This document shows, in pieces, positions 12,580 through 26,545 of a stretch of 64,000 bases of DNA. The stretch covers positions 103,416,001-103,480,000 of the forward strand of contig NC_043002.1 of the NCBI RefSeq assembly GCF_006345805.1. The letters run 5' to 3'. A program made the position numbers and the translations under genes. Origin of the DNA: Octopus sinensis (Eukaryota). The notes under the pieces are model-generated. The model made no database searches, was not told where the DNA came from, and worked only from the letters and a program-made list of their open reading frames with translations. How positions within the stretch are numbered: the stretch's first letter is position 1; the number at the start of each line of letters is the position of its first letter.

Positions 12580-13734
12580 TCTTTATTTTATCTTATCCAT
12601 TATATATTTTCCCGTATAAAATAAAATGATTTATGTAAATGACGAACCCTAAGCAAATTTGCTTAAACACCTCTAGTGGTCACTATATTGTTAATAAATT
12701 TTATGCGTTATCCAATGATGGATTTATAATTGAAGATTCGCCAAGAAGTTCAGTGAGTTTTGTTAAGCAAAACAGGCATCAGTTGGAGCCTGGACATAAT
12801 TCTGAGTTTAAAATATGCTTAAAGAGAAGTAACATAATACATTTTCTGTGGATAAAAATATTGGTAGAGATGGTTATGATATCATTTAATATTACATATA
12901 ACATTATATTACTTTCCATATATGTTTCATATTACTTCAACGTTTAATATTCGATCCATTTTACATGCTATTACGCAAATAACTGTTTATCATAATGTAG
13001 ATGTCATAGAATTATTTGAATTTTAAACAATTCTCTTTTCACTGTTCAATGCCACCATATATACATTTATTCATGTTATTGAACCATTTATTTGTTATCA
13101 AATCGGTAAATTGCTGCGAGGCTTCACTTCCGCAGATAACGCTCAACCAAGCAGAATCACGTCCGGAATTCTCTTCCGTAGATACCGGAAAAAAATGAAA
13201 GACTTTAAGTCATTGCTTAGCATTATTTTTCGCTCACCGCACATAAGAGTCTAGTTTAGCTTTCTAATGTTGCATACTTTAATTATAAACTTGCCCACTT
13301 AACTATTTGGCAGAAATACTTCAGCATTATATAAAATAATAGTTATTTAAAGAAAGCTGCTGTAAAATAATTTAGTCCTCGAATGAAAGTTCCATAAGCA
13401 ATATATTACTAATATATTCCTTTCTTGGGGGCCCTACAAATATAATTAGCACATACGAAAAAATATTGTATCGTTATACAGCGAGAAGTAGTAGAACAAT
13501 TTAGAGCGTCGAATGAGATTATTTGAGCGGTTTAATTCAGAATCAGTACGCTCTGATTTCAATGAAGTCATCTGTGCATTTAATCTCTGTAAAATATGAA
13601 CCTCTCGAATACTTGATTTAATATAACGGCGTTTAAGTATCACCTTAATACGACATATTCAACTTACCAATAACATACTTCATTTAGTAATTTGAATTGA
13701 AATTTTGATTTTTTTCACCCGTCTTTACTCAGCT

Positions 13735-13870
13735 CAAATTCCGCCGACGTTGACTTTCCCATTCATATTTTCGGGTTCAATAAAAAACCAGTACCAGTCA
13801 AATACTAGGGTCAATGTAGTCGATTAACCCCACAAAAACGCTGACCCTGTGCCAAAATCTGAAACCATTG
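13735..13870 (+). mobile_element. SINE family B, 5'-truncated
   Basis: 'ctcaaattccgccgacgttgactttcccattcatattttcgggttcaataaaaaaccagtaccag'. Confidence 0.7.
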
Positions 13871-15668
13871 TTATCTATGGTGGAGTGCTTACCATTTCTG
13901 GTGCCAACCATGACTATAATTATTTCATCCTTTTTAGAAATTGCAGCATCATTTAGAATTTAGAGTTCTTAATCAATATACCACGAAGATAGAAGCATTA
14001 CTATAAAATCTAAAGTGAAAAATTGATTACAAAGTGAATTTGTTAAGGTTAGGGTTATAAAGTGGATTTGTTAGGAGAATAGAGAACGTGGAATTCATAT
14101 CTGTATTCCGGATCTCTGAGAGTGTTGAAGGAATAAATGACACCATATCCGTTATCATATGAACGGAGAGCAAAGTTGAGCTGCTGAATGCACCAACAGT
14201 TTCAAGGTGGTCTTAAATCTGAGGACGGATTACGACTACTTTATTATTACCATGTATTTTGTTTCCTTAGAGAAAAATACCACACAAAGCAGATTAAAGG
14301 ATCGTGCTCTAGAAATACTATTCAATTCTGTTGAACTCATTACAATATATTTAAAGAGGTGCTAAGGCATGAGGCTGCTTGTGCAATAACTAAAAATATG
14401 TTACAAAGAAGGCATGGATATATTACTTGAACCCAGAATTCAGGAGCACATATTCAGGATTTAAAAAACATTAGAACATTAAAGTATGCAATATAGGCCC
14501 ATATTTCCTTAAAGGATCAGAGGTAGTTATTTGAAACAGTTTTTTTTTTAAAATATGTGCCGTCAAATACAATAAATTAACCTCTGGATAATCAGTCATG
14601 ATTTTGCTCCTTTTCTTTCGTTTAATTATTGGTCTTGTGTTAAAGGTGTTTGATTCGCAATCATAAGGCCACGCATGCGACTCACAAACGAGACAACACT
14701 ATTTAAACAAAGAAATTCATTTTCATGTTAACCCAGTCTTCTCAGCTCTAATGGGTACCATTCTGGCGCAAACCGATTTCTTTTCAGCTATCACATACTC
14801 CAAAAGTGGACCCTAAAATAACAAAATCGCGGCATGTCTTAACAAGTCATATTCTCTAGTAATTGACGACCAGGTGTACATAGGTCTGAATATGATATTG
14901 TATGCTCAATACATCAGTAGATGTCTCGATACAACACAAAGAAATATAACGCTGGTGTTAAAATGACCGCAGAGTAATACTTCTGTTCTATGCAGGTGCA
15001 GATTTTGGCGAGTTTTCCTGTGCTGCTACAGAGTAACAGCTCATTTAACATTGACTCAAATGGAGTCTCATGATATTTGAAAGGATTGGCTCACTCGCTA
15101 CTGAAATTGGAAAAAGATTACGCAAAAGCTTGCGTCTAAAAATAAAAGGAAAAACAAAAAGGCAAAAAGAAGAAAAGAATCACAGCTAAGTATATTTCTT
15201 GAGGACCGCTGGGGAGTTGTGTTTGTGAATGGTTTAACATCAATTTATCGTTATGGATAACATCTGTTGCCAAGAGAAATGTGTAGTCTCACTGTTCAGT
15301 TCTATTTTGAATTAGATGTAATGTTTGTGACTGCACTCATAAATATCTTGCTGATAAGGTGTTTTGTTAATTGACAGAATACAGGTGGGTTTTATGATGG
15401 ATATCGTAGATATAGGCTGGCTTGTTCTCTCTGTTTACCTGAGGTAGCTGTAAGCATCTTAGATGTATTTCTTTCTTTTTCTACTTTTTCTTCTTACTGC
15501 ATTGAGATAGCTTTGAAGATTTGCCTGTTTAGTGCGCGTGATATGTATGTAAGAATGTATACATATTCATATGCATACACACACACACGCATATACACAT
15601 AAATGCATGCACATATATATACATGTACATATATAAATATATGTTTATATATATAAACGTACGTGTGA

Positions 15669-15706
<38 letters not shown>

Positions 15707-16160
15707 GCACATATGTGTGTGTGTGTATTTAACTATAAAGAAAGTAGACACTCCATCATTTGCGACGATGATCATCACACGTCTTTGATGAACTGAATTA
15801 TCTACTCAATATAAGAGCGTGTAATTGATTATTCCTCCGAATCTTGTAAGTTATATTTAATCTTGAGGGTGAGAATTAGTGCGAGAGATGGATTCAAGGA
15901 GGACACATGGAATTTTTCCATATAATCCAGCCACCTAACTTCCATATATCTCCAGCTTTCATGCAATATATATTTCTTTATGAAGATATGTCAACATCAT
16001 TTTATGAATCTGAAATCATTGCGATCGAACTCAAAACCTACAGAAGTGCGTAACAACCTTCTAAGACAAACAAACCAGATGAATTATTTTTACATACATT
16101 TATAATAACATAAAAACACATACACAACGCACATACGCACACACATACACACACACATAC

Positions 16161-16645
16161 ATCAACATCGTCATCGTCCTAGTTTAACGTCCGCTTTCCG
16201 CGCTGACATGGGTTGGACGATTTAACGGAGGACTGGCAAAGGAGAAGGCTGCATCAGGCTCCGATCAATCTGCCAAGGTTTCTACAGCTGGATGCCATGC
16301 CCAACGCCCACCACCCCGAGAGTGTAATGAGTGCATTTTATGTGCCACCGGTACGAGGGCGAGTCAGGCGGCACTGCATCGGCCACGCTTGAATATTATC
16401 TTTTCACCCGCCAGCAGCACGGGAGCAAGACAGGTGGCACTGGCAACAACCATGCTGGAATGTTGCTTTTTACGTATCACCGGTACGGGAGCCAATCAGG
16501 CGACACTGGAAACGACCCACGCTCGAAATGTTCTCTCTACGTAACATCGTCAGTGGAGCCAGTCAGGCGGCACTGGCAACAACCACGCTCGAATGGTTTT
16601 TTTACGTGCTACCGGCACGGGCCCAGTCAGGTGGCACTGGCATCT
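16161..16645 (-). mobile_element. Probable RTE-related element 3' portion with internal ~66-bp tandem repeat
   Basis: Minus strand ends '...ggacgttaaactaggacgatgacgatg'; 16346-16643 is ~4.5 copies of a ~66-bp unit containing 'tcaggcggcactggcaac'. Family assignment is from recall only. Confidence 0.45.
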
Positions 16646-16894
16646 TCATATATAATATGTAAATAAGTAACAAGGAATCACAGATATCAATATATCACGG
16701 CCGTTTCTTGCAGCTACATTTAGCCGATCAATGGTGACATTACATCAATTTGAAAGAAACCGCAGTCTTTAGGCGCAGATGACCATATAAATTTGGAACA
16801 TAAAGGATAATCCATTTTTAACAAATTTACATCAATAATAGAAAGCAAAATAATTACATTGTTTCCTTGCGTTATATATATATATATATATATA

Positions 16895-16935
<41 letters not shown>

Positions 16936-17215
16936 ATATGCATTACAGTGTTCCTTGTGTTAAAGCCTACTATAATTTCGAGAGTAGTAGAGAAAAATAG
17001 TAGTGGGGCCTCAAGATATAGAAGTGGTGACGTGGTATTTATATTTAACCCTGGCAAGGTGCCTCAATTTAAGTACCTAATTCAATTGAATATTAATTAT
17101 ATTATACATATATATGTATATATATACACACACACATATAAATACATATATATGTATATATATATATATACACGTATATACGTACAAATATATGTATATA
17201 TATACATATATACGT

Positions 17216-17248
<33 letters not shown>

Positions 17249-17255
<7 letters not shown>

Positions 17256-17440
17256 AAAGGGCTTAGTAAAATAAATTACTTTGCCACATACTGAACTCCG
17301 TGAGTTGAATTGAGCAAACACTATATGAGAGAGATTTTCTTTAAGTATTAGAAATAGTTTTAAAAAAGTTTTTTTAGCTACTATTTCTAATGAGTTCAGT
17401 ATGTGGCAAAGTAATTATTTTACTAAGCCCTTTTATATAA
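17249..17440. repeat. Nested inverted repeat (~49-bp outer arms, 11-bp inner arms) abutting (TA)n
   Basis: 17249-17298 vs 17392-17440 inverted; 'attagaaatag' vs 'ctatttctaat' inside. Confidence 0.85.
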
Positions 17441-17605
17441 TGTAATAATTTGATTCGCCTTAAATGGTCCCTTTACATACTGAATACTTGGTGAAATTGA
17501 TTAATAGTTAATTAATTTTACCCTCAATTGTTGAAATTATATTATATATATATATATAATATATATAAAATAATATATTATATATAAAAAATATATATAT
17601 AATAT

Positions 17606-17664
<59 letters not shown>

Positions 17665-17667
<3 letters not shown>

Positions 17668-18050
17668 GCAGCTTGCTTCCCAACCAACATGGTTCCGGGG
17701 TCATTCCTACTACGTGAAATGTTGGGGAAGTGTTTTCCGTCGGGCCGATCAAATCCTCGTGAATTGATATGGTAGACTGAACTAAAGGAAGCCCATAGTA
17801 TAAATATATATACGTAAACATTTATGTGTGAGTGAATGTGTCTGTGTTTACCCCCCCCCCCCCACCATCGCTTGACATCAGACGTTGGTGTGTTTACGTC
17901 CCCATAACCTAGCGGTTCGGCTTAAAGGTGGGGGATATAATATGCACCGGGCTTAAAAAGATTAAGTCGTTGGGTCGATTTCTTCGACTAACTGGCGATG
18001 CTGTAATATGGCCACAGTCAAGTGATTGAAACAAGTAAAAGAATAAAATA
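17665..18050 (+). mobile_element. SINE family A
   Basis: 'gcttgcttcccaaccaacatggttccgggg...catcgcttgacatcagacgttggtgtgtttacgtccccataacctagcgg...atggccacagtcaagtgattgaaacaagtaaaag'. Confidence 0.8.
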
Positions 18051-18052
18051 TA

Positions 18053-18092
<40 letters not shown>

Positions 18093-18182
18093 GAGTGTGT
18101 TTGTAAATATATATATACATGTTTGTGTGTGTGTGTGTTTGTATATCTACATATAAATATATATATAATATATAATATATAT

Positions 18183-18230
<48 letters not shown>

Positions 18231-18973
18231 ATATTACATATATATATATACATATATATACATATATATATATTGTACATATATAATATATAATATATAT
18301 ATAATTATTATATATAATATATATATATATATATACATACATACATACAAACATACTTTCAAACATGCATGCATACATACATATATGCATACACACATGC
18401 ATGCCTATATACAATTATTCCTGTATATTACTTTTCCGAATGCTGCGCAAATGAAAGTTTTTAAAAATGCGCCTTGTCATTGAATAGGAATTAAATAACT
18501 CGCAATATTAGCGTAAACTCTCACAATATATCTCGTTAACCTAATTAGCACTAATTAGTAGAGCTATCATACAGCTTCCTACCTCTCTCTATTTCTTCTC
18601 ACATCATTTATCTTCATCGCATTTCTTTTTATCGACTGATTTTCTTTTTTTCTTATTCTTTCATCTTTTATCTTTCCCCCACAACTTTTCCTGGTGTTTT
18701 TTTTTATATTTTCCATTTCTTTCTTTCTTCCTTTCTTTCTTTATGTTTGTTTATTTACTCCATGTAATTTCCTATCAACATATCTTTCCTTCCGTGTATT
18801 TTCCTCTATTTTTAAATTGTTACTTTCCTTTATTCTATCTTACTCAGATATCGAATATTTTCCCTATTTCTATCTATCCGTATATCTATCCATGCACACA
18901 AACACACTTACACACATCATACATATATGTAGATATATACAGACAAAATTTATACATACACACATGAGTGTAT

Positions 18974-19023
<50 letters not shown>

Positions 19024-19401
19024 GTATACACATATATACACGCACGTACACAAATGTATATACAAACACACACATGCACTAATTCATCTTCGTCCTTCTA
19101 GCACCTTCACACATTCGCAGTTTCTCTCTTATTCAGTCTACGTACCTGTCTATCAGTCTATCTACCTCGTTGCTCCTATCTCACTTTCCTCATATCGCTA
19201 AGCTAAAATGCAATTCCCATATCTCCCAACACACCCAATTATTTGATAACATAAAAGTGTCGACCTCAATACGCTATTTTGCAGGGGTTTTTTTTTCATT
19301 TGTATATATAAACATGTATATTTTGTGCTCTGTGTATATGTGTGATTGTGTGTGCGTCTGCGTATGCAACACAGTTGCGTGTTGAATATATGCATATATA
19401 C

Positions 19402-19448
<47 letters not shown>

Positions 19449-19471
19449 AATATATGTATATATGTATATAG

Positions 19472-19502
<31 letters not shown>

Positions 19503-20164
19503 ATATAATATATATATATATGTATATATACATATATATATGTGTGTGGGTGTATATATATATATATATATATGTAAATATATATGTATATATGTAAATA
19601 TATATGTATATGTATGTATATATACATACATATATACGCGTGAATTTGTATATATGTGAATATGTAAGTATACATGTATACACGAGCACATACAAATATA
19701 CGTGACTATATATATATGTGTTTGTGTATATGTAGGTAAGTATGTTTATACTTCCAACTGCCAGTAATTATATATCAAAATAAAAAATGTATGATGAAGT
19801 ACAAACACACACAAAACAATTCCAGAACCGACAAAACAAAACTAAACAGGTATATCTACACATACATAAACATCTATTCACTAGTTTCCATGTTTAGATT
19901 AACACAGATTCAACGACCATTGCACAGGTGTTATGATATTCCAGAATCGCTCAGTTGGAAATTACCACGTAAATCCTGGAGAGTTGGAAGCAATTAGTAT
20001 GTGTTGGCAGCTGGTCAAGACAAATTGACCATTGCTACCGCACTTAGAGCATGGCCAGTTCAATAAATGTATTAAGTAGCACGGAGCACATTATTTCTAT
20101 CCAGAAACACTTCACTTCATACCAATTGAAACTAAAACATTGACGCAAAACTATTGTCACTAAC

Positions 20165-20183
20165 ATATTATTATTTATTATTA

Positions 20184-20214
<31 letters not shown>

Positions 20215-20272
20215 TATTTGTATCATTATTATTATTAGTTTTTTATTAATATTATTATCATAATCATCATCA

Positions 20273-20359
<87 letters not shown>

Positions 20360-20381
20360 TATTATTATTATTATTATTATT
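20165..20381. repeat. (TTA)n/(TCA)n microsatellite
   Basis: Direct reading. Confidence 0.95.
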
Positions 20382-20645
20382 CATCTTTTTTTGTTGAAGA
20401 TTTGATTTTGCTTGTTTTCAAACTTTGTTGTTTGAAACATAAATAAACCTTTTTTTTTTTATTCATGCCTGGTTCATTTTTCGGCATAAGGCCAACTGTA
20501 CAACACAGCTATCATTGAAGCTTTCCTGCTTTAGAAGTAGCAACCAAATTTGAATAAGATCTAAGTTTTCTCAAACGGAGGATACATACACAAACATCCA
20601 TACTTACTGTGAAAAGACAGTCCCGAATAGGTTACGTTTCGAGGT

Positions 20646-20755
20646 AGATTTTTATAATTGTAAGGCGAGATTTGTATAATTGTACAGCGAGACTTCTATA
20701 ACTGTATAACGAGATTTGTATAATTGTAAAGTGAGATTTGTATAACTGTAAAGCT
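20646..20755. repeat. 22-bp minisatellite x5 (consensus agatttgtataattgtaaagcg)
   Basis: Five consecutive 22-bp units with no spacers. Confidence 0.9.
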
Positions 20756-22034
20756 AGATATTACTAAACCACAACTGCGTTAACCTAAATATTGGACTCT
20801 CATCGATTAGCTTTGATCTGCAAGAAAACGAGAAGGTTAAAATTATATCATGGTATTGCTCGGATAATTTCTCTAATTTAAAGGTATGATAAGATTTGGT
20901 GCGGATGATTTTGACGACAGTGCTTCTTGACACTGGAAGCAAACCTTCACATACAAATACGAAAATCAGAGAGAAGCGAGAAAGAGGAGAGACAGGTGGA
21001 GAGGACGAGATAGATAATAAAACGAAAGAAACATTGAAAGGGTTGATGTCCAATAAGTTAACATAAATTCCGTACTGCCAAATCAATGGCGCCAAGACAT
21101 CCGTACTATCTCGCCTCAGACCCAAATCTAAGGGCTAATGCCGGTGATATAGATCACTTTTAACGCCAGTTGACCCTCATCAAGATTCTCTATTGCCAAA
21201 TAGAATTGGCCAAAGGCACGTATAAGTGCAATAGGCTTGTAAAAGGGGTGTGACCGGAAACAATTTCGTTTAACAGAGATTATAACTGGAACGATGAGAA
21301 CAAAGAAAACCAAAAAAAGTCATACGCAGTCATGTCAGAGGGCCCCACAGTGAGCATGGAGGCCGCAGACGCAAACCTGGCTGAAACTGATTGATGGGTG
21401 TACTATCCTCATTCAAGTGCATTGCTGGCATTTTACTGGGGCAATGGTCAGTGGTAGTCTTCTTAGCTCAAGAGTGGACAGCATAATACAAACACACGCG
21501 CATTTTTTGTCACATTTTGTAGCAATGTGAAATACGGTCTTTTGGCTGCTATTTCTAAATTTTTCGTTATGTGGTTAAGCAACTTGTTGCTAAACACTTA
21601 ATTATTCTTTTATTATTTTACTTGTTTCAGTCATTTGACTGTGGCCATGCTGGAGTACCGCCTTTAGTCGAGCAAATCGACCCCAGGACTTATTCTTTGT
21701 AAGCCTAGTGCTTATAATTATATAATTATTGTTATAATTATATTTAAAATTTCTTGTATGAGTTTTTACCGAATATGGTTCTTTTCCATACCGAAACTAC
21801 TTGGTGAAATTTATTAATTACAAATTAATAATTTTTACCCTATATCTATAATGAATATTTTAACTACCTGGTAACAAAAAAGCTGCGGATCTATTTTCTG
21901 CAGTACTGTCTTGTGTCGCACAAGGTAAATTTGGAGGGAAATATGACTCCACAGATAACGCTATCTGTAACTCACACAGGCAAAAAGAAGGAAAATAATG
22001 AAATCAAACAGTCTTCGATTAATTATGGATGCGT

Positions 22035-22249
22035 TTCTGGGTTTCAGTCATTTGTCTGCGGCCATGCTGGAGCACCGCATTTAGTCGAACCAAACCGACT
22101 CACAGGACTTATTCTTTGTAAACCTAGTACGTATTATCTGAATCTCTTTTGCCAAATCGTTTAGTTTCGGGAACGTAAACACACCAACATCGGTTGTCAA
22201 GCGATGGAGGTGGGGACAAACACTAACACATAATATGTACAGATACATA

Positions 22250-22287
<38 letters not shown>

Positions 22288-22450
22288 CACACATGTATAT
22301 ACGATGGGCTTCTTTTAGTTTCCGTCTACCAAATCCACTCACAATGCTTTGGTCGGCCCGAGGCTATAGTAGAAGACACTTGGCCAAGGTGCCACGCAGT
22401 GGGCCTCAACCCGGAACCATATAGTCGGTAAGTAAGCTACTTACCACACA
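22035..22450 (-). mobile_element. SINE family A
   Basis: Tail 'tttcagtcatttgtctgcggccatgctggagcaccgc' and head 'gccacgcagtgggcctcaacccggaaccat' as read on the plus strand. Confidence 0.85.
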
Positions 22451-22917
22451 CTCACATACACAACAGTTTCTTCCGATACAAGTGTTTGTATGGAGCATGC
22501 TGCTAGTAACATACTCACATACACAAAATTATTTAAAAAATCATTTTCCTTATCGACATATAATATAAATTCGGATATACTAACTGCCTTGTGTGATGTT
22601 CTGATGGCGCTTGGTCAAAAATACAAAGGGTAAGTTTTCTAGCATTTTCCAATTTATAATTCTCGAAATATTATGTCGATAAAGAAAATAAATTTTTATA
22701 ATTCTAATCCAGAAACGCGTCCATAATTGATCAAAGACTGTTTGATTTCATTATTCTCCTTCTTTTTGCCTGTGTGTGTTACAGATAGTGTTATCTGTGG
22801 AGTCATATTTTATAGCGAAAAGAAATAACTGTCTTTTGGCTGGTATTTCTAAATTTTTCGATATGTGGTTAAGCAACTTGTTGCTAAACCCTTAATTATT
22901 ATTATTATTAGTAGTAG

Positions 22918-22990
<73 letters not shown>

Positions 22991-23304
22991 TGTATATATA
23001 CATGTATAGATATATGTATATATGTATATATATATATATATGTGTGAGTGTGTGTGTACACATGGACATGTATGTGTATACATGTCCATACATACTCTAA
23101 GTTTTAATTAATCAGCTAATTGCATACAGTCAAATAGAAAAAAAATATCATACTTAAAATATCACAGCGTACAATAAATTATTACGCACGTCTTATCACA
23201 ACCACAAACACAGACACACACACATATTTATACCGTCATAAATATCCAAGTACATATACACATCTCCACGTCCCGTTGTATTCTTGTATATTCACATATT
23301 TCTT

Positions 23305-23690
23305 TATTTATTTCAGTCATTTCTCTGCGGCCATGATGGAGCACCGCATTTAGTCGAACAAAACCGACACCCATGACTTATTCTTTGTAAACCTAGTACG
23401 TATTAAATGAATCTCTTTTGCCAAATCGCTTAGTTTCGGGAACGTAAACCCACCAACATCGGCTGTTAAGCGATGGAGGCGGGGACAAAAACAAACACAT
23501 AGACATGTACAGACACATACTCACACACACACACACATATGTATATACGATGGGCTTCTTTCAGCTTCCGTCTACCAAATCCACTCACGATGCTTTGGTC
23601 GGCCCGAGGCTATAGTAGAAGACAGTTGCCACGCAGTGGGACTGAACCCGGAACCATATGGTTGGTAAGTAAGCTACTTACCACACACTC
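23305..23690 (-). mobile_element. SINE family A, paralogous to 22035-22450 including flank
   Basis: Shares copy-specific variants ('gcatttagtcgaac', 'aaacctagtacgtatt') and the downstream flank with the 22035 copy. Confidence 0.85.
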
Positions 23691-23900
23691 ACATACACAA
23701 AAGTTTCTTCCAATACAAGTGTTTGCATGGAGCATGCTGCTAGTAACATACATCGGCATATTTTATTATATGGTTTTCATCTTAGTCATGCGACATAATT
23801 TAATAATGAGAGAATGTTTCTATGACAAACTTACCAAACAACAACCGACCAACGTGCGTCACCGTCGTCGCTAACATCAAGCATGAGGCAGAAGGGGGAG

Positions 23901-23917
23901 ACGAAGAAGAAGAAGAA

Positions 23918-23964
<47 letters not shown>

Positions 23965-24144
23965 AGAACAACAACAACAACAGCTACAACAACGACATCA
24001 ATTACAAGAAAAAGGAAAATGAACTGTAGAAGCAGCAGCGCCTCTTTGGATTAAGAACGAGAAAAACAAGAAAGCATTCACAGTAACAACGTTGATAATA
24101 ACAACTGAATCAGCAACTGTGACAACAAAATTGTAGTAGTAGTA

Positions 24145-24182
<38 letters not shown>

Positions 24183-24210
24183 AGTAGTGGCAGTAGTAGT
24201 AGTAGTAGTA

Positions 24211-24246
<36 letters not shown>

Positions 24247-24430
24247 GGTTGGTGGTGGTAGTAGTAGTAGTAGTGGTAGTAGTAGCAGCAGCAGTAATAG
24301 TAGTAGTATGGTAGTTGCAATAGTAGTAGTAGTAGTAGTGGTAGTGGTGGTGGTAGTAGTAGTAATGCTAGTAGCAGCAGCAGCAGTAGTAATAGTTGTA
24401 GTAGTAGTAGTAGTAGTAGTAGTAGTAATC

Positions 24431-24476
<46 letters not shown>

Positions 24477-24515
24477 CAGTAGTAGTGGTTGTTGTTGTGG
24501 TTGGTGGTGGTGGTA
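23901..24515. repeat. Compound trinucleotide microsatellite block (GAA)n, (CAA)n, (TAG)n, (TGG)n
   Basis: Direct reading; source of the poly-E/Q, poly-T and poly-V ORFs. Confidence 0.95.
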
Positions 24516-25369
24516 GTCTCCGCTTATAATTGTCCCTAGTGCTGCAATGCATGCTAAGGGAAAGATTTCTTATCTGGATTTTTAAAAAAACAACAACAAA
24601 AAAACCCGATTTCCTCCCGAGATGTAAACACGGTAACTCATTGCACCTGAAACGCTAGAAGTATACAACCTATGTGTGAAAGACAGAGATAGAAAGAAAG
24701 ATGGCTACAAAAAGGGACAAGACAGGGAGGGAATGGAAAAGAGATGGGGAAACCGTGAGTGGGAGAGAGCGTGAGAGAATAATAATTGAAGATGGAATGA
24801 AATAGAAATGTTTGTATCGATATACATAAGAAATGAGAGAGAGAGAGAGTGGGGAGAGAAGGACGTCGAAATAGAGAATACCGGGGAAAGATGGTCACAG
24901 ATGTTAATATTTGATAATTATAATTGGAGCAATAGTAAAGCATGTTGAGTTGTTACGGTGACAGCTGAGACTTACGGCGTGAGATATGCATAAAGAAGCT
25001 ACAGATACACATAGACACAGGCGCGCATGCTCCCACTTTCTATCATACACACGCGCACATATGTCAAACGATGTTTATGTGATCAAATTGAGAAACACCA
25101 ACAATTCCCCACCGCCTCCACTACACACTTGTACAAATGTATATATACTTATGTAGATATGCGTGCATGTATATAAAAAAAAAAACGGTCTTTAGAAATA
25201 ACCCAGTGGGGTTAGTGGCAGGAAAATGAGCAGCAGGAATAAATACAGGCGTATCAAAAACCATGCAACGCAATTTCCTAATTTGTTAAACTTATCTCCG
25301 ACTCAAGAGACTGTCTCACATTTTTTCGCAATATGAATTGCTTACAGCTTTTAAGTATATAAATATACA

Positions 25370-25570
25370 GTTAATCGAAACATGAAAACACAAAGAGAAA
25401 ACAAGACAACGCGAGGACGTGGAACAAGTACAGTATTATTGAACGCTCGGGAAAGGAAAGAAAGAGGAAGGACTTAACGTTTCGAGCGGAACTCTTCGTC
25501 AGAAACATAGGAAAAAAAAAAGATCCGAGGAAGGAAAGATGGGTGAAAAAATCGCCAACGATGCGCACGC
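25370..25570 (-). mobile_element. Penelope-like pLTR remnant with canonical minimal hammerhead (25472-25506)
   Basis: Minus: GUUU-CUGACGA-A-GAG-UUCCG-CUC-GAAAC-GUU/AAGU; homologous to 46161-46330. Confidence 0.75.
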
Positions 25571-25641
25571 GGTCAAATATTGAATGAATATATATATATA
25601 TATATATATATACACACGCACACACACACACAGATATATAC

Positions 25642-25688
<47 letters not shown>

Positions 25689-25744
25689 ATCCGTAACAAG
25701 ATAATTTTGAATAATCCGTAGCAAGATAATTCATCTTTCCATTT

Positions 25745-25779
<35 letters not shown>

Positions 25780-26471
25780 ACAAATTAAAGTTTTAAGGTA
25801 CTGCACAAGTGGGAATATATATGAAAGGTTGAAAATGCAATTTTAAAGATGTTTATTCACTTGACCGGTTTCACTTTTTTAGATAAAATATTATTAAAAG
25901 TAAAAGCTTTGTATGAGCTTTGTTGCGTTAAGTACTGGTTGTCACAAAAGTATTAAAGATCAGAAATACATTCTTTGATAATAATAAGAAAATGATCGAA
26001 AAATTTACAAGAAAGTATCAATGAAAATCATGTTTGTTTGGTAGTATATATATATATATATATACAGACAAAGATATATATTTAAGAATATACAAAAGAT
26101 TATAGTGGAATAATATATACATACATTATTATGGCTGCCCCCTCGTTATCGAGTATGGCCATTGCATGAAGTTTAACTGTTACTGGTGCCATGATCGAAT
26201 GTCACTTTTTAGCCTAGCTAAAGATCTACAGTGTCTGGTACAAAATTGGCAACTAAGACCTTTACTGGTAATAGCCGGCTGTAGTTGTAACTGGGCTTCA
26301 TGTATCTTTGCGTGTCGTTTAAGTCCTCCTGCCGAATTACACTATCTTCCACATGCCCGACAGTTAGGATTAATATTGTGTGTTACACCACCACCAGTGG
26401 CCATGTTGTCACTCATCTATCTCGTTTTATGACTACATGCATATATACATACATGCATATATATACATACA

Positions 26472-26545
<74 letters not shown>

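Noticed and set aside
12639-13643. Non-repetitive ORFs (12639-12947 +, 13016-13198 +, 13446-13643 -) as host exons
   Set aside because: No recognisable domain and no convincing paired splice sites; lengths compatible with chance.
20646-20755. CRISPR-like array
   Set aside because: Contiguous 22-bp units with no unique spacers, no cas genes, eukaryotic context.
20754-21125. 123-aa minus-strand ORF
   Set aside because: No motif; composition reflects a purine-rich opposite strand.
23822-24552. Poly-E/Q, poly-T and poly-V ORFs
   Set aside because: Products of the compound trinucleotide microsatellite block.
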